The notes beneath the pieces were generated by a model. It searched no databases, had not been told where the DNA came from, and saw only the letters and a program-made list of their open reading frames with translations. Positions 10,090-21,468 of a stretch of 64,000 nt of DNA are shown here, one piece after another (positions within the stretch are counted from its first letter, which is position 1; the number at the start of each line of letters is the position of its first letter). The position numbers were made by a program, and so were the translations under genes. The stretch lies in IMG/VR virus record IMGVR_UViG_3300050343_000191, positions 1 to 64,000 of that record. One strand, written 5' to 3'.

Positions 10090-11337
10090 TTATGTTAAGT
10101 ACCTAATGATAACAATACCTGAACCACCATCTTTACCTGCTTGTGGACCAGATTGACCCCCAGCACCACCGCCACCAGTATTAGTCCCACCAGCAGTATT
10201 TGTTCCAGTTGGGGTACCACTTCTACCATTTCCACCACCACCAGCGGCAGCATCAATACTAAAGGGAGTATTGCCTGGTCCAGTATCTGACCAAGCACCA
10301 GCAGAACCACCACCTCCAAAATATCCACTATCTCCAACAGAAGTAGGGATCCAAGGGATTGTCGGTACTCCTATACCAATAGCACCTTTTGCATTATTCC
10401 CAGTTGGCCAGTCACCAGGACTTCCTCCTGGATTTCCAACACCACCAGCACCACCGCCGCCTCCACCCATATATGGATCACCACCAGGATTTACACCTGC
10501 TCCACCCACATTACCATAAGTAGATCCACCAGCAGGAACACTATTTCCACTTGAAGCACCACCCTGTCCATTTGAACTGCCAGGAGATGATCCTCCACCA
10601 CCTCCACTACCACCACCAGCACCATCAGTAGCATTATTTCTACCAGCACCACCACCTTTTCCTACAAATGGGAAAGGTCCAACACCTGGAGCATCAAATG
10701 TAGAGTCACCTCCATTAGAGGCATTTCCTCCACCACTATTGCTTGTTCCACCACTACCACCACCACCAGTAACAATTTCATATGTTCCTGGACCAATCGT
10801 TAGTCCAGACTTATAGGAGATACCTCCTCCACCTCCTCCCCCACCACCATAACCACCGTTAGGTGATCCAGCAGCACCAGCACCGCCGCCACCTACAACA
10901 AAGACATCACAATCAGCAGATCCACTTACAACTGCAAAATTTTGTGAAGATAAAAATGTATGAACAGTATATGATCCGTCAGTAGTTTTTGTTCCACCAG
11001 TTGCACTAAAGGCACCACCACCATCAGCAGTACCAGAGATAGTTTTCCAACCACCATCACCAGCATAAACCTGCATTCCGACAGCAGGAATATAAATTAT
11101 AGTTCCAGTTGCTGTTGAAATACCAGCATCTCTACCAGTAGCAGTTGTAGTTCCAAGACCAACTGCCTGTGGTTTTAAAAAAGTATCGGTTACAGTCAGT
11201 TCACCACCAACACTCATATCAGTGCTGATCGCAACATTCACTGCTTTGATATTAAGATTGTTAGGACTTTCAATCTCCGGTGTACCTGATGCACCAATCA
11301 GATTAATATCCTTTACGCCAAAACTTTTATCTGCCAT
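10090..11337 (-). CDS. Glycine-rich virion/tail protein
   Basis: 415 aa; MADKSFGVK start, GYTVHTF-like motif, C-terminal GGSGIVIIRYLT. Confidence 0.75.
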   Translation of the reverse strand: MADKSFGVKDINLIGASGTPEIESPNNLNIKAVNVAISTDMSVGGELTVTDTFLKPQAVGLGTTTATGRDAGISTATGTIIYIPAVGMQVYAGDGGWKTISGTADGGGAFSATGGTKTTDGSYTVHTFLSSQNFAVVSGSADCDVFVVGGGGAGAAGSPNGGYGGGGGGGGGISYKSGLTIGPGTYEIVTGGGGSGGTSNSGGGNASNGGDSTFDAPGVGPFPFVGKGGGAGRNNATDGAGGGSGGGGGSSPGSSNGQGGASSGNSVPAGGSTYGNVGGAGVNPGGDPYMGGGGGGAGGVGNPGGSPGDWPTGNNAKGAIGIGVPTIPWIPTSVGDSGYFGGGGSAGAWSDTGPGNTPFSIDAAAGGGGNGRSGTPTGTNTAGGTNTGGGGAGGQSGPQAGKDGGSGIVIIRYLT

Positions 11338-11354
11338 TTCAGGTTTTTATATAT

Positions 11355-13397
11355 TTAGGATTGCTTGAATGAGATACCACTGATATTTACACCAGTGATT
11401 TTTGGTATAGCACCACCAGCATATGGATTACTAATAACACGATTAGGTGCTCCTCTTAAGTTACCATTACCACGAGTATTATATGAGTCATTTATTTCTG
11501 ATGCTAGATCATAAGTAGCACTATAATTTTGTGACCAATACCCAGTATCATTAAGTCCAGGATATGGATCAGACATCACTCCATCAACCGATCCGTGACG
11601 GAATAACCACGTTCTTACATCTGCCTGATTTGCTTTTCTATTTGTCTGAAGATATAAACATATCAATGAAACTGCATTGGGACAAGCAGCACTTGTTCCG
11701 TTAAACCATTGATCATAAAAGTTAGAGTCATCATCTCTAGCATAATTTTCACTAGTAGAATATCCAGCACTCATAGTCATTTCACCAGGAGCAAAGATAT
11801 CCACCATAGGACCATTGGCAGAATAACAAACCTTACGGATAGCATATGCTGTAGCACCTTGTTTTGAGTCTGCTGGTTCTACACAACAATCCAAAGCACC
11901 AACACGAATAGTTCCCTTACCTATAGTATGAGTTCCACTAAATCCTTGCTGAACACCAAGAGCACGACAAATATAAGTTGAACTGCCACTATACCAATTA
12001 TCAAAGTCAGCATCAGTAGAATCTGACAACTTCTGATTACTATTTCCAGCAGAAGAAACGAAAATTACACCAGCAGCAATAGCATCTTCTGCTGCAGAGT
12101 TTGAACTAGAACTTCCCGTATTATAAACTCCAGAACCACTATAGGCAACAGCACTACTACTTCCAGATATATTTCTAGTAAATTGTTTATGATTTCTTGC
12201 AGCACCAGCATTAGAAGGAACACTAGTATCACTTCCAGTACCAGTATAACTCAAAGTATTTCCACGATACCCAGTAGAATAACTTACACCGTTAGAATTT
12301 CCAGTTTCACTCCTTGAACCATAACTGTTGCTACAGATAGTAGGATCTGGATCACCAGGTTGAGATACCTTCTTCGCTTCGTGGAATAAAGTAACAACAT
12401 CAACAGCAGTTACATTTGATAGGACACCACCAGCACCACCAAAAGTTCCACGAATACTCCAAACATTAGATTCAAATGCTAGTCCAAAAGAGTTACCACC
12501 CACTTGAGCACAACAAGCAGTTCCGTGAGAATGTATGATTCTTCGAGAAGAACCTGTTTCATCGGCAACATTAGTCTTTGAATGACTATGAGCCACAGTG
12601 TAATTACTTGATATAGATGAAACAGTACCTAATGATTGGAACTCAGCAGATCTACTACTAGAATTAGTCCACCAAGCACGAGCAGCAGTGCTAGAAATAC
12701 CAACACCCAAATCTACACCATCAACAATCTTAGTATATGTGTGATTGTTGGTCGTAAAATAATCTGGATCTATTTTATAAGGACCATCAAGAATTAAATC
12801 CTTTGCTCTATATGTTCCATCACCTTTCTTAAATTCTGGGTGCAACATACCACATCCAGTATCAATGATTACAGCATCAACATTCTTACCAGATAAAGAA
12901 TAGTGAACATCAGTATTATGAATTGTATTAGTGGTAATACCTACACCTTTATATGGTTCGCTACTTTGATTATTTGCAAATGTAATTGACCAATTTGATC
13001 TCACACCATTTGTATGTGCAATAGATTCTGTATCAAGAGCGGCAGGAAGTGCTGGTTTATTGAAAGCAACGTTCTTTCTAAAACGAAGAGTATCTAAAGA
13101 CTGTGGTTGAGGATACTTATCAGGATTTAATTCAACACTTTCAACTTTAGGATAAGTTTTTAATACTTCTGCCTCAGCAGCACTCATCATATAGATTGAA
13201 GTTCTTAGAGAAAAAGGTTTCTCATTGACAGTATCAATTTTTCTATTAGGAATACCATCTATTTCATTCTCATTGATAATATAATTGTGAACCTGTGTCC
13301 AATCCTCTGGAAGATTAACAACAACCAGATACTCATCAATAGCATCAGGAGTATAGTCTACTACAGGTGTTACTTCTTCGTTACCGATTATTTCCAT
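11355..13397 (-). CDS. Subtilisin-family (S8) serine peptidase
   Basis: Catalytic motifs in S8 order: VIIDTG (Asp), HSHGTACCAQVGG (His), FNGTSAACP (Ser); N-terminal propeptide-like segment. Confidence 0.8.
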   Translation of the reverse strand: MEIIGNEEVTPVVDYTPDAIDEYLVVVNLPEDWTQVHNYIINENEIDGIPNRKIDTVNEKPFSLRTSIYMMSAAEAEVLKTYPKVESVELNPDKYPQPQSLDTLRFRKNVAFNKPALPAALDTESIAHTNGVRSNWSITFANNQSSEPYKGVGITTNTIHNTDVHYSLSGKNVDAVIIDTGCGMLHPEFKKGDGTYRAKDLILDGPYKIDPDYFTTNNHTYTKIVDGVDLGVGISSTAARAWWTNSSSRSAEFQSLGTVSSISSNYTVAHSHSKTNVADETGSSRRIIHSHGTACCAQVGGNSFGLAFESNVWSIRGTFGGAGGVLSNVTAVDVVTLFHEAKKVSQPGDPDPTICSNSYGSRSETGNSNGVSYSTGYRGNTLSYTGTGSDTSVPSNAGAARNHKQFTRNISGSSSAVAYSGSGVYNTGSSSSNSAAEDAIAAGVIFVSSAGNSNQKLSDSTDADFDNWYSGSSTYICRALGVQQGFSGTHTIGKGTIRVGALDCCVEPADSKQGATAYAIRKVCYSANGPMVDIFAPGEMTMSAGYSTSENYARDDDSNFYDQWFNGTSAACPNAVSLICLYLQTNRKANQADVRTWLFRHGSVDGVMSDPYPGLNDTGYWSQNYSATYDLASEINDSYNTRGNGNLRGAPNRVISNPYAGGAIPKITGVNISGISFKQS

Positions 13398-13398
13398 A

Positions 13399-15087
13399 TC
13401 ACCTCATTGTTTGGCGTGTAACTTTATAAGTTGTCGTTCCACTTACACCAGTCTCTGGTGTTGCCTGTAGGAGAAGATTGCCTCCACTGATTGTAGCACT
13501 CATTGAAACAAGCAATCCACTCTTGTGCATAATCGCATACTCCTGAGAGAATGCTGTTGTTCCATCTTGCATCACAAGAACTTTCTGTGCTTGCATATTA
13601 CTACCGTTCTCAATATGAATTATGTACTCAGCAGTCTTGATAGCGTTGTTAGCAACTCCAGTGATTGTATCAATCGTTTGAGCAGCTCCAGCAGATGCAG
13701 TCCAAGAACCTTCATTTACTACGTCACCAAGTATGATGATCTTGCCCAACATACCACTGTGATTAGTACATTGATAATATAAAACATCAGGGGCATCATA
13801 CTGAACGTTGAAGTCTATATTTCCTGATGATGCACCATTGTTTGTTACACCATCACTATATGCAGTTCCATTGGAATTATATCTAATCTGGAAAGGATGG
13901 GAACCACCAGAATTATTTGTAAATCTATAAGTCTGCCCTCTTACCAGGTAGATGGTTGGATCATTCTCAGCGCCAGTTAATCCTGGTCCAGTAAGTGTAT
14001 AGTCACTAGATCCACTAGAACCAAGGGTCCAGACGGAAACAATGTCAGAGTGAGTACCAGATATATTAGTCAGTGCTGAACCATCAATCGCAGGAAGAGT
14101 ACCAGTAAGATTACCAGCAGAAAGATTAGTCAGTCCAGAACCATTACCAGTTGGTGTAAGATAATCAGTTCCCGCAATTGCAGCAGAAATAGTTCCACTA
14201 CCATTTGCCTTAACAATACCATTGATAGCACCAACAACTGGATCAGTTTCAGTATAAGAAGTCAGATAAGAACTTAAATCAGGTGGAGTATATGTGAAAA
14301 CACCAGTTCCATTATTATATGATATTGCTCCAATTTGTAATGGACTATTTGCAGTTCCTACAGATAGTGCTTGACGTGATTGTCCCTGAACATCAGGTGG
14401 TGTGAATGTAAATACACCATTTGAATTATTATAAGCAAGAGCACCAAGTTGCAATGGTGAACCAGCAGTAGTAACAGAAAGATCTGTAAGAGCAATACCT
14501 CCTCCACCACCAGTCTGATCTGCTACCCAAGCATAATCAGAACCATTCCAACTTAAGATTTGACCTGAAGAAGCAGTTCCTTGGTTTAAATGAGAGTCTA
14601 CGTCAGAGTTTCCATAGGAACCACCGCCTCCGCCGCCTCCGCCGCCACTGGAGGGATTGAACTCAACCCATTGAGCACTGGATCCATCATTATAATAGAT
14701 ATGTCCTTTCGCAGTATCACTTTCCCACCACAGGTCACCAGAAGCAGTTCCGATACCAGGAGGATTGTCACCGATAGTTACGTTTGCTTTACCAACAAAG
14801 TTTACACCATCAAATGAAGTAGCAGTTAATATCCCACTTACTATAGCACCAGTTGTAGTTGCCTGAACTCTTGTTACACTATTAGAATCAACAAGAGAAG
14901 TTGAATCAACACTAATTCCAGAGAGTTGAGATCCATCCCCTCTGAAAGAAGTAGCAGATACAACACCTACAACATTTAATTTTGCAGTTGGTTGGGTCGA
15001 TCCAATGCCAACACGATCATTGGCAATGTCAACGAATAAGTTATTATCCGAAACAAGATTGGCAGTATGTCTGGTCTTATTTCCCAT
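13399..15087 (-). CDS. Tail fibre-like protein
   Basis: 562 aa; RVGIGSTQP, SGDLWWESD, duplicated YNN..GVFTxTPPD, PTIYLVRGQTYRF...YDAPDVLYYQCTNHSGM module. Confidence 0.75.
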   Translation of the reverse strand: MGNKTRHTANLVSDNNLFVDIANDRVGIGSTQPTAKLNVVGVVSATSFRGDGSQLSGISVDSTSLVDSNSVTRVQATTTGAIVSGILTATSFDGVNFVGKANVTIGDNPPGIGTASGDLWWESDTAKGHIYYNDGSSAQWVEFNPSSGGGGGGGGGSYGNSDVDSHLNQGTASSGQILSWNGSDYAWVADQTGGGGGIALTDLSVTTAGSPLQLGALAYNNSNGVFTFTPPDVQGQSRQALSVGTANSPLQIGAISYNNGTGVFTYTPPDLSSYLTSYTETDPVVGAINGIVKANGSGTISAAIAGTDYLTPTGNGSGLTNLSAGNLTGTLPAIDGSALTNISGTHSDIVSVWTLGSSGSSDYTLTGPGLTGAENDPTIYLVRGQTYRFTNNSGGSHPFQIRYNSNGTAYSDGVTNNGASSGNIDFNVQYDAPDVLYYQCTNHSGMLGKIIILGDVVNEGSWTASAGAAQTIDTITGVANNAIKTAEYIIHIENGSNMQAQKVLVMQDGTTAFSQEYAIMHKSGLLVSMSATISGGNLLLQATPETGVSGTTTYKVTRQTMR

Positions 15088-15108
15088 TAGACTGTTTTTA
15101 TGTATTTA

Positions 15109-15348
15109 TTAATCGATGTGGACCCTAATGGCACCATCACCTCTAGGGTAGATCTGAACTCCATCCTCAAGTTGTTCTCTACGTGGATCAACAAAGATTG
15201 CTGAAACAGTTCCAGAACGACCACTTTCCTCACTAAACTTGCTATTCCAAATTGGCATAGCAAATCCAATATTTTGGGCAGGTTCATACCCACCATTTGA
15301 TTGATATTGTGGAACAGATGCTACAGCGATTCCATTAAGATCTGCCAT
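15109..15348 (-). CDS. Hypothetical protein
   Basis: 79 aa ORF coupled to the upstream gene by TGATG overlap. Confidence 0.55.
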   Translation of the reverse strand: MADLNGIAVASVPQYQSNGGYEPAQNIGFAMPIWNSKFSEESGRSGTVSAIFVDPRREQLEDGVQIYPRGDGAIRVHID

Positions 15349-16310
15349 CAGGTAGTCCTCACTGCTATACCATCACCAGAAATAACACTATACTCTTCGG
15401 ATCCAGAAGAAACAATAATATTATCAAATACCGTCAAATCAGTAGCAACATAAGCAAGGTTTGAATTATATCCTACAGGAACACCACCAGAGAACAACAT
15501 AACATTAGGAACAACCTGTTGGTTACCACCAATATTATATTGTAGTTGGAAAGCATTTGACCAGTTTATATTAAAATAATAGTGAGCTCCTTCACTATGA
15601 CCTAACCCACCATGAACTCTAGTTCCTTTTTTCGTAGCGGTTTCAAACCATCGGGTATTAAAAAATCTATGAGGAGTTGTATTTGCAGTTCCGTTTTTAT
15701 CATAGATATATGCAGTAGCTTCAATACTATTCCATGCTTGCCCATAATGACCAGTGGAATAAGAATAACTGGAATTTTGATAAGCGCTAATTGTTCCTAG
15801 TCCCCAAGTTAAAGGAATAGCATTCGCAGTCTCTGTAGTATTAGTTGCTTGAATATATCCAAAACATCCTTCTGGTTCACTATTTACATCATTGGTAAAA
15901 TATACCATACCAAATGTCCCATCAGATGCCAATGCAGTTTTTACTCTGAATGTTTCAGTTAGATTACCATAATTATTATAGTAAGAAAGAACTGTTCCTT
16001 CACCACCATTAGTGCTGGCATTTCCCTTTCCAGTTACATCATTCGTTGAGGAGTCATATCCAGTCCCCATCACCATATGAAGATACATCTGATTACTAAC
16101 CTGTTCACTCTTAAGTTTCATATACGTATTAGCATACGTACCAGAACCTTTGGTAATCTGATAGATTAATGTAGTATTATCTTCAAACTGAATAGCACTA
16201 TTTGCCAAACCAATAGATGGCATCAGTGCTTTGATCTTTGAGATCTGATCATTTGCCGAAGCAGATGAATCAAACGTAATGTTTGATTGTGTGGTTATTG
16301 TGATTGCCAT
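15348..16310 (-). CDS. Hypothetical virion-associated protein
   Basis: 320 aa ORF within tail block. Confidence 0.65.
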   Translation of the reverse strand: MAITITTQSNITFDSSASANDQISKIKALMPSIGLANSAIQFEDNTTLIYQITKGSGTYANTYMKLKSEQVSNQMYLHMVMGTGYDSSTNDVTGKGNASTNGGEGTVLSYYNNYGNLTETFRVKTALASDGTFGMVYFTNDVNSEPEGCFGYIQATNTTETANAIPLTWGLGTISAYQNSSYSYSTGHYGQAWNSIEATAYIYDKNGTANTTPHRFFNTRWFETATKKGTRVHGGLGHSEGAHYYFNINWSNAFQLQYNIGGNQQVVPNVMLFSGGVPVGYNSNLAYVATDLTVFDNIIVSSGSEEYSVISGDGIAVRTT

Positions 16311-16317
16311 TTTTTAC

Positions 16318-19300
16318 TTATGCCTCCAGAGACAAGTAGTTGAAAGTAATAGTTGTGATTCCAGTAGGACCGTCATTCGTATAACGGTATTGATAATTAT
16401 TCGTAACCACATCCTCAACATTAGCAAATATTGTCTGTGGTGATAAGTAAACGGTTCCAACCCCACTCTTGATAGTTTCAAGAAGAACACCAGATCCTGC
16501 GAGTGGATCAGTGAAACGAGTTCGATTAGCATCGGCAGTAGCAAGGTCAGCACGACTATAAAGTCTTAACCAACCAGTTGATATACCAACAAATGATGCT
16601 GAAAGTATAACACCAGATTTAGGTAACGTAACCGTTCCTGTCACAGTTGCTCCAGTATTCACGGAACCAGTGGTAATCTCTCCAGTATTACGAGCATTAG
16701 ATGCTTTTGTATTTATAGTTGCGGTGCCCGATGAGAAGGTAACCGTCTCAATAGCATCTCCAGTAAAGTTCAGTGATGTAGCATTACCAATCAGTTGTCC
16801 ACCAGATTGAATACCAACGGAAGAAATACCAGAAGAACCGCCACCAGATACATTAACGTTAGAAATTCCAGTAATTCTACCATTAGCATCAACCGCAATT
16901 TGAGGGACTGTAGAAGCACTACCATAGGTTCCAGTAGCGGCACCAGTAAGTCCCGTCAAGTTAGCACCAGAACCACCGAAAGAAGTGGCAGTAACAACAC
17001 CACTTGTATTAGCACTAAAGTTATTTGAGAGTACAGCGTTCAATCCAACATTTGCCGTACCATCAAACTGAACTACATTTGCATTTACATCACCAGAGAT
17101 TGAAAAATCTCTTAGGGTTTCCAATTTATCCGCAGAAGATGCTCTAGGAGCAACGACCTGTTGAGAGTATGAAAGAATTTGCCACTGGTTAGTTCCAACA
17201 CCAACAACCCAATCTCCAGGGAAAGCACTACTAATTCCAGATGTAATAAATGTTGCTGGAGTAACATCAGTACCACCAGTACCAACAATAAAGTAATCTC
17301 CAGTTGTAATTCCAACAGTTGGAAGTGGTTGACCGACAGTTGGATAAGATCTTGTTTCACCAACAACAGTATAAGATGTTACCTGACCATCAAGAGCATT
17401 ATAAAAACCAACAATATTCAGATTAGTTCCTAAAGCATTAACTTGAGATTGAAGATTATCGGTTACAGAATTATTAACTAATCCTTGACCGTAGTTAATA
17501 ATATTGGTGGTAACAATACCAGTGATAGATCCACCATTACCAGCAAAACCAGCAGCAGTTACATTACCATTGTCTCTGATACGAACCGTAGCGCCAGCGT
17601 TTCTGATTTCGTTACCATTTAAATAAAGATCACCACCAAGTTGTGGTGTTGTATCTCCAACAATATTAGAGGTAACTGTAACCATTCCAGAAACTACTGG
17701 ACTTACATCAAGTCCAGCGCCAAAGTTAATTGTTGCAGCACTACCAACTAAAGTATTATCATCTCTAATGATCGATACTCCAGTTCCACCAGAAGTTCCA
17801 GTTGCTGCTGCAGTAAGTCTTCCGTATTGATCAACTGTAATATCAGCATTCGTATAAGTTCCAGCAGATACACCACTAGATGTTAAACTCAGAGATATAT
17901 TTCCAGAAGATCCACCACCAGATAATCCAGTACTAGCAGTAACATCAGTAATTAAACCGAGACTTGTAAGATTTACATTCTGCCACTTACCAGCAGAAAC
18001 ATTGTATTGGAGTAATTGATTATCAGCAAGTGATCCTAAAGTTACATCATTAAGTCCATTTAAGTTAGAAGCACCAGAAACATTATTAACCCAAACATAA
18101 TCACTACCAGTCCATCCCAAAATTTGATTACTGGAAGCACCCGATACGTTTAAGTGAGTATCTACATCACTGTCAGCATATGATCCATTTACAACCCAAT
18201 CATAATCACTCCCATTCCAACTCAATACTTCTCCAGTAGAAGCAGTTGAAAGGTTCAAATGAGAATTGACATTAGTATCACTATATCCACCACCACCGCC
18301 ACCACCAGGAACGTTGGCAGTAAGACCGATGACTTCAACAATATCATTCTCCGAAGCACCAGTATTCAGCGCAATATTAGTTCCAGAAGCAGCAGTATAT
18401 TCATCTTCACTCAGTTTTACTCCATTTAAAAATACATCAACAAATCCAATAGTATAAGTTCCATTAAATGTTGTTTGATTATTAGTGGCAGTTGTTGCAG
18501 TAGCAACCTTAGTGGCAAAACTACTAGCAGCACCAACTACTGTAGATGCAGAAACGTTTCTCCACTGACCGCTAGCATTATTGTACTGAAGCAGTTGTCC
18601 ATCACCAAGAGTACCGATAGTAACATCAGTAAGACCATTTAAATTAGAAGCACCACCGCCGCCGCCTCCGCCGCCACCATAGGTGCTAGTAACGTTATAA
18701 GAATGGAACTCAACAATCTCACCAACAAAAGCAGGTGTGTTCAGAACAATCTGATTACCATTAGTAGCAGTATATTCAGAAGAGCTCAGTTTGACACCAT
18801 TAACAAATACATCAAGGAAATCAATATTATATGAAAAATTAAATGCGGTCTGTCCAGCAGTTGCAGTATTTGTTTGTGTTGTTCTAAGTGTTGGGAAATT
18901 TGCCCAAGTAACACCCGTTCCTACGTGTCTGAGATATTGACCAACAACACCTTCAGAACTACCAGCAGTAACTGGTCCGCCAAGAGTGGTAATACCAGAG
19001 ATATCAATGTTTGAAACGATTAATCTATCGTTTAGAGAATCATAAGCAAGATCAGAATCAGTAGCAACGTTAACCATCGTGCCACTGGTGAGACTTGTAA
19101 GAACAATTCTCTGTGTACCAGATGCAGCATTGAGAGTAGCACCAGTATTGACTAAGTTACTACCATCACCATAGAACCTGGTAGCACTAATAATGCCTGT
19201 AGAGGCATACATTGTAATAGCACTACCAACGTGAACATTATTAGCAAACGTTGTGATACCAATAACATTAGGTATTGTAGTGTTATTAAGTACCGTCAGA

Positions 19301-21120
19301 TCGGTAAATGTTGGAGTGGAAGAGAACGTAATCGTTGCAATTCCATTTGGTTGTGGATCAGCAGTTGCTGTGACATTAATACCACGGAAGTCAAGAGTAT
19401 GAATACTTCCAGCAGTTCCAACTGTTCCACCTTCTTCCAGAACGTTAAAACCATTCAGGATATTATTAACTGAGAAGATACCAGGAACAGTTGCCCATTC
19501 CCACTCACTTCCAGTAGATCTTAAGAGTTGTCCTGATTGACCATAAGTAGATCCATTTGTACTGATACCACCAGATACTTTAAGATTTTCAGTGTTTAAA
19601 GTATTATTGCTAGCATCAAAGGTCAGATCTGCATCAGTAGCAGCATCAACCATTGTGCCGCTAGTGAGTTGAGTAGTAACTAACCTCTCAACACCACTGG
19701 TTCCACTCAGAGTAGCACCAGTATTCAGAAGGTTACTACCATCACCATAGAATGCAGTGGCACTAACAATACCAGTTGCAGCATATGCGGTGATTGCTGA
19801 TCCAACATTAAATTCAGAACCGTTAAATGTTAAATTAGCATCATCTTCAAGTTCTCCACCAACACCCGCAATAACAATACGGTTATCTGTTAGATCTTCT
19901 ACCTTTGCAGTAGTAGCATTAATGCCACCATTTACATCAATAAGACCAGTAAATGTAGATACACCAGATACATTTAATTGATCAAGTTCAGTATGTCCAT
20001 CTACATCTAGATTTCCATCAAAGTCAACATCACCAGTAGCAGTGATACCACCAACAAAGAAGTTGGGAGCATATAAATCTGTATTGAACTCCATACGGGA
20101 GTTCGCATTATTCCAGGTAATAGTTTTATCACCAGCAGATCCATAGATGGTGATACCCGCACCATCAAGTGCTGCGTTAGAAAGTTTTGGATCGGCAGAA
20201 GCAATACCAATATTAATGTCTTCTACTTCAAGTGCTGTGGTATTCAGTCGGGTTTCAGTACCCTGAACAATCAGATTACCAGCAACGGTAAGATTACCGT
20301 TAGAACTAATATCAACGTTGCCAGCAAATGTAGAGACTCCAGCAACTCTTAATTGATCAAGTTCAGTGTGTCCATCAACATCAATATTACCACTTAAATC
20401 AATATCACCATTAACTACAAGTGTGCCATCAACAGTAGTATCATCAAGTGTTGTACTACCATCAACATTCAGACCATCAAGTTCTGTAGTGCCATCAACA
20501 TCTAAATTACCATTGAGGTCTGTATTTCCTGCAACGGTAGCAATACCTGATACATTTAAATTATCAAGTTCCGTATGACCATCAACGTCTATTCCACCAA
20601 CAAAAGTAGAATCACCAGATACATTTAAAGAATCTGTATCAGTAAGTCCTGTTACTTCAACACCACCAGTTGTAGTATGAAGTTTGCGTGATCCAACGTG
20701 ATGAATTTCTGATGGACCAGCAGTATAAAATCTTGCTAATGTGCTTCCACCACTACTTTGGAAATGAATACCAGTTCCATCACTAGTCAGATTTAAGTCA
20801 CCGGTCCCAGTGTCCTTAATATAACTCTGTCCACCACTATCGTGATATACCTTTAGATCCTGACTATCTCCCCAAGAGACTATTACGTTATCAGGATAGT
20901 TAACACTACCACTAAATGTAGCAACACCAGTAACATTCTGACCAGCAACAGTCAGCGTATCTGTAATGTTAGTTGGTCCAACAACAAACAGAGAGAAATT
21001 CTGTGCGTCCGTTGTTCCAATGCCAACCTTTCCAGTTGTTTGAAGAACTGTTTTACTCTCAGTATATCCTGATATACCAAGTTTTAAATTGGATTGTCTA
21101 CCGCTAAGGAACTTGGACAT
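16318..21120 (-). CDS. Long tail fibre protein
   Basis: 1600 aa; repeated VDGHTELDxLNVSG, FYGDGSNL, DVFxNGVKL, QLLQYN and HLN..AS..xxLxWxGSDY modules. Confidence 0.8.
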   Translation of the reverse strand: MSKFLSGRQSNLKLGISGYTESKTVLQTTGKVGIGTTDAQNFSLFVVGPTNITDTLTVAGQNVTGVATFSGSVNYPDNVIVSWGDSQDLKVYHDSGGQSYIKDTGTGDLNLTSDGTGIHFQSSGGSTLARFYTAGPSEIHHVGSRKLHTTTGGVEVTGLTDTDSLNVSGDSTFVGGIDVDGHTELDNLNVSGIATVAGNTDLNGNLDVDGTTELDGLNVDGSTTLDDTTVDGTLVVNGDIDLSGNIDVDGHTELDQLRVAGVSTFAGNVDISSNGNLTVAGNLIVQGTETRLNTTALEVEDINIGIASADPKLSNAALDGAGITIYGSAGDKTITWNNANSRMEFNTDLYAPNFFVGGITATGDVDFDGNLDVDGHTELDQLNVSGVSTFTGLIDVNGGINATTAKVEDLTDNRIVIAGVGGELEDDANLTFNGSEFNVGSAITAYAATGIVSATAFYGDGSNLLNTGATLSGTSGVERLVTTQLTSGTMVDAATDADLTFDASNNTLNTENLKVSGGISTNGSTYGQSGQLLRSTGSEWEWATVPGIFSVNNILNGFNVLEEGGTVGTAGSIHTLDFRGINVTATADPQPNGIATITFSSTPTFTDLTVLNNTTIPNVIGITTFANNVHVGSAITMYASTGIISATRFYGDGSNLVNTGATLNAASGTQRIVLTSLTSGTMVNVATDSDLAYDSLNDRLIVSNIDISGITTLGGPVTAGSSEGVVGQYLRHVGTGVTWANFPTLRTTQTNTATAGQTAFNFSYNIDFLDVFVNGVKLSSSEYTATNGNQIVLNTPAFVGEIVEFHSYNVTSTYGGGGGGGGGASNLNGLTDVTIGTLGDGQLLQYNNASGQWRNVSASTVVGAASSFATKVATATTATNNQTTFNGTYTIGFVDVFLNGVKLSEDEYTAASGTNIALNTGASENDIVEVIGLTANVPGGGGGGGYSDTNVNSHLNLSTASTGEVLSWNGSDYDWVVNGSYADSDVDTHLNVSGASSNQILGWTGSDYVWVNNVSGASNLNGLNDVTLGSLADNQLLQYNVSAGKWQNVNLTSLGLITDVTASTGLSGGGSSGNISLSLTSSGVSAGTYTNADITVDQYGRLTAAATGTSGGTGVSIIRDDNTLVGSAATINFGAGLDVSPVVSGMVTVTSNIVGDTTPQLGGDLYLNGNEIRNAGATVRIRDNGNVTAAGFAGNGGSITGIVTTNIINYGQGLVNNSVTDNLQSQVNALGTNLNIVGFYNALDGQVTSYTVVGETRSYPTVGQPLPTVGITTGDYFIVGTGGTDVTPATFITSGISSAFPGDWVVGVGTNQWQILSYSQQVVAPRASSADKLETLRDFSISGDVNANVVQFDGTANVGLNAVLSNNFSANTSGVVTATSFGGSGANLTGLTGAATGTYGSASTVPQIAVDANGRITGISNVNVSGGGSSGISSVGIQSGGQLIGNATSLNFTGDAIETVTFSSGTATINTKASNARNTGEITTGSVNTGATVTGTVTLPKSGVILSASFVGISTGWLRLYSRADLATADANRTRFTDPLAGSGVLLETIKSGVGTVYLSPQTIFANVEDVVTNNYQYRYTNDGPTGITTITFNYLSLEA

Positions 21121-21134
21121 TGCTGTGAGTTATA

Positions 21135-21464
21135 TTAGTTTAATGTTTCTAAAAGGCTGACTGTAACCTTAATATTAGTCCCATCACTAGCAGATAAAAC
21201 AAGTTTATCTCCAGATTCAAGAACAAGTCTACCAGTCACCATTGCCAAAGCATCATTACCAGGAATAGGTGTAGACTTTGTAAGTTCGGTGACTGTACTA
21301 CTTCTCTTATGAGAGAAGGTAACATCGTGAGATGTTGTATCGATATTTGCTGCCTGAGCCATCAAAACAACAGCAGTATATCCTACAGGAGCAGTATAGA
21401 TCTCAGTTGCACTTGTAGAAGCAACCGGATTAACAGTTTTGAATACATTTAACGGTAAAGCCAC
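21135..21464 (-). CDS. Small virion structural protein
   Basis: 109 aa MALPLNVFKTV...RLVLESGDKLVLSAS...VSLLETLN. Confidence 0.7.
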   Translation of the reverse strand: MALPLNVFKTVNPVASTSATEIYTAPVGYTAVVLMAQAANIDTTSHDVTFSHKRSSTVTELTKSTPIPGNDALAMVTGRLVLESGDKLVLSASDGTNIKVTVSLLETLN

Positions 21465-21468
21465 TTTT

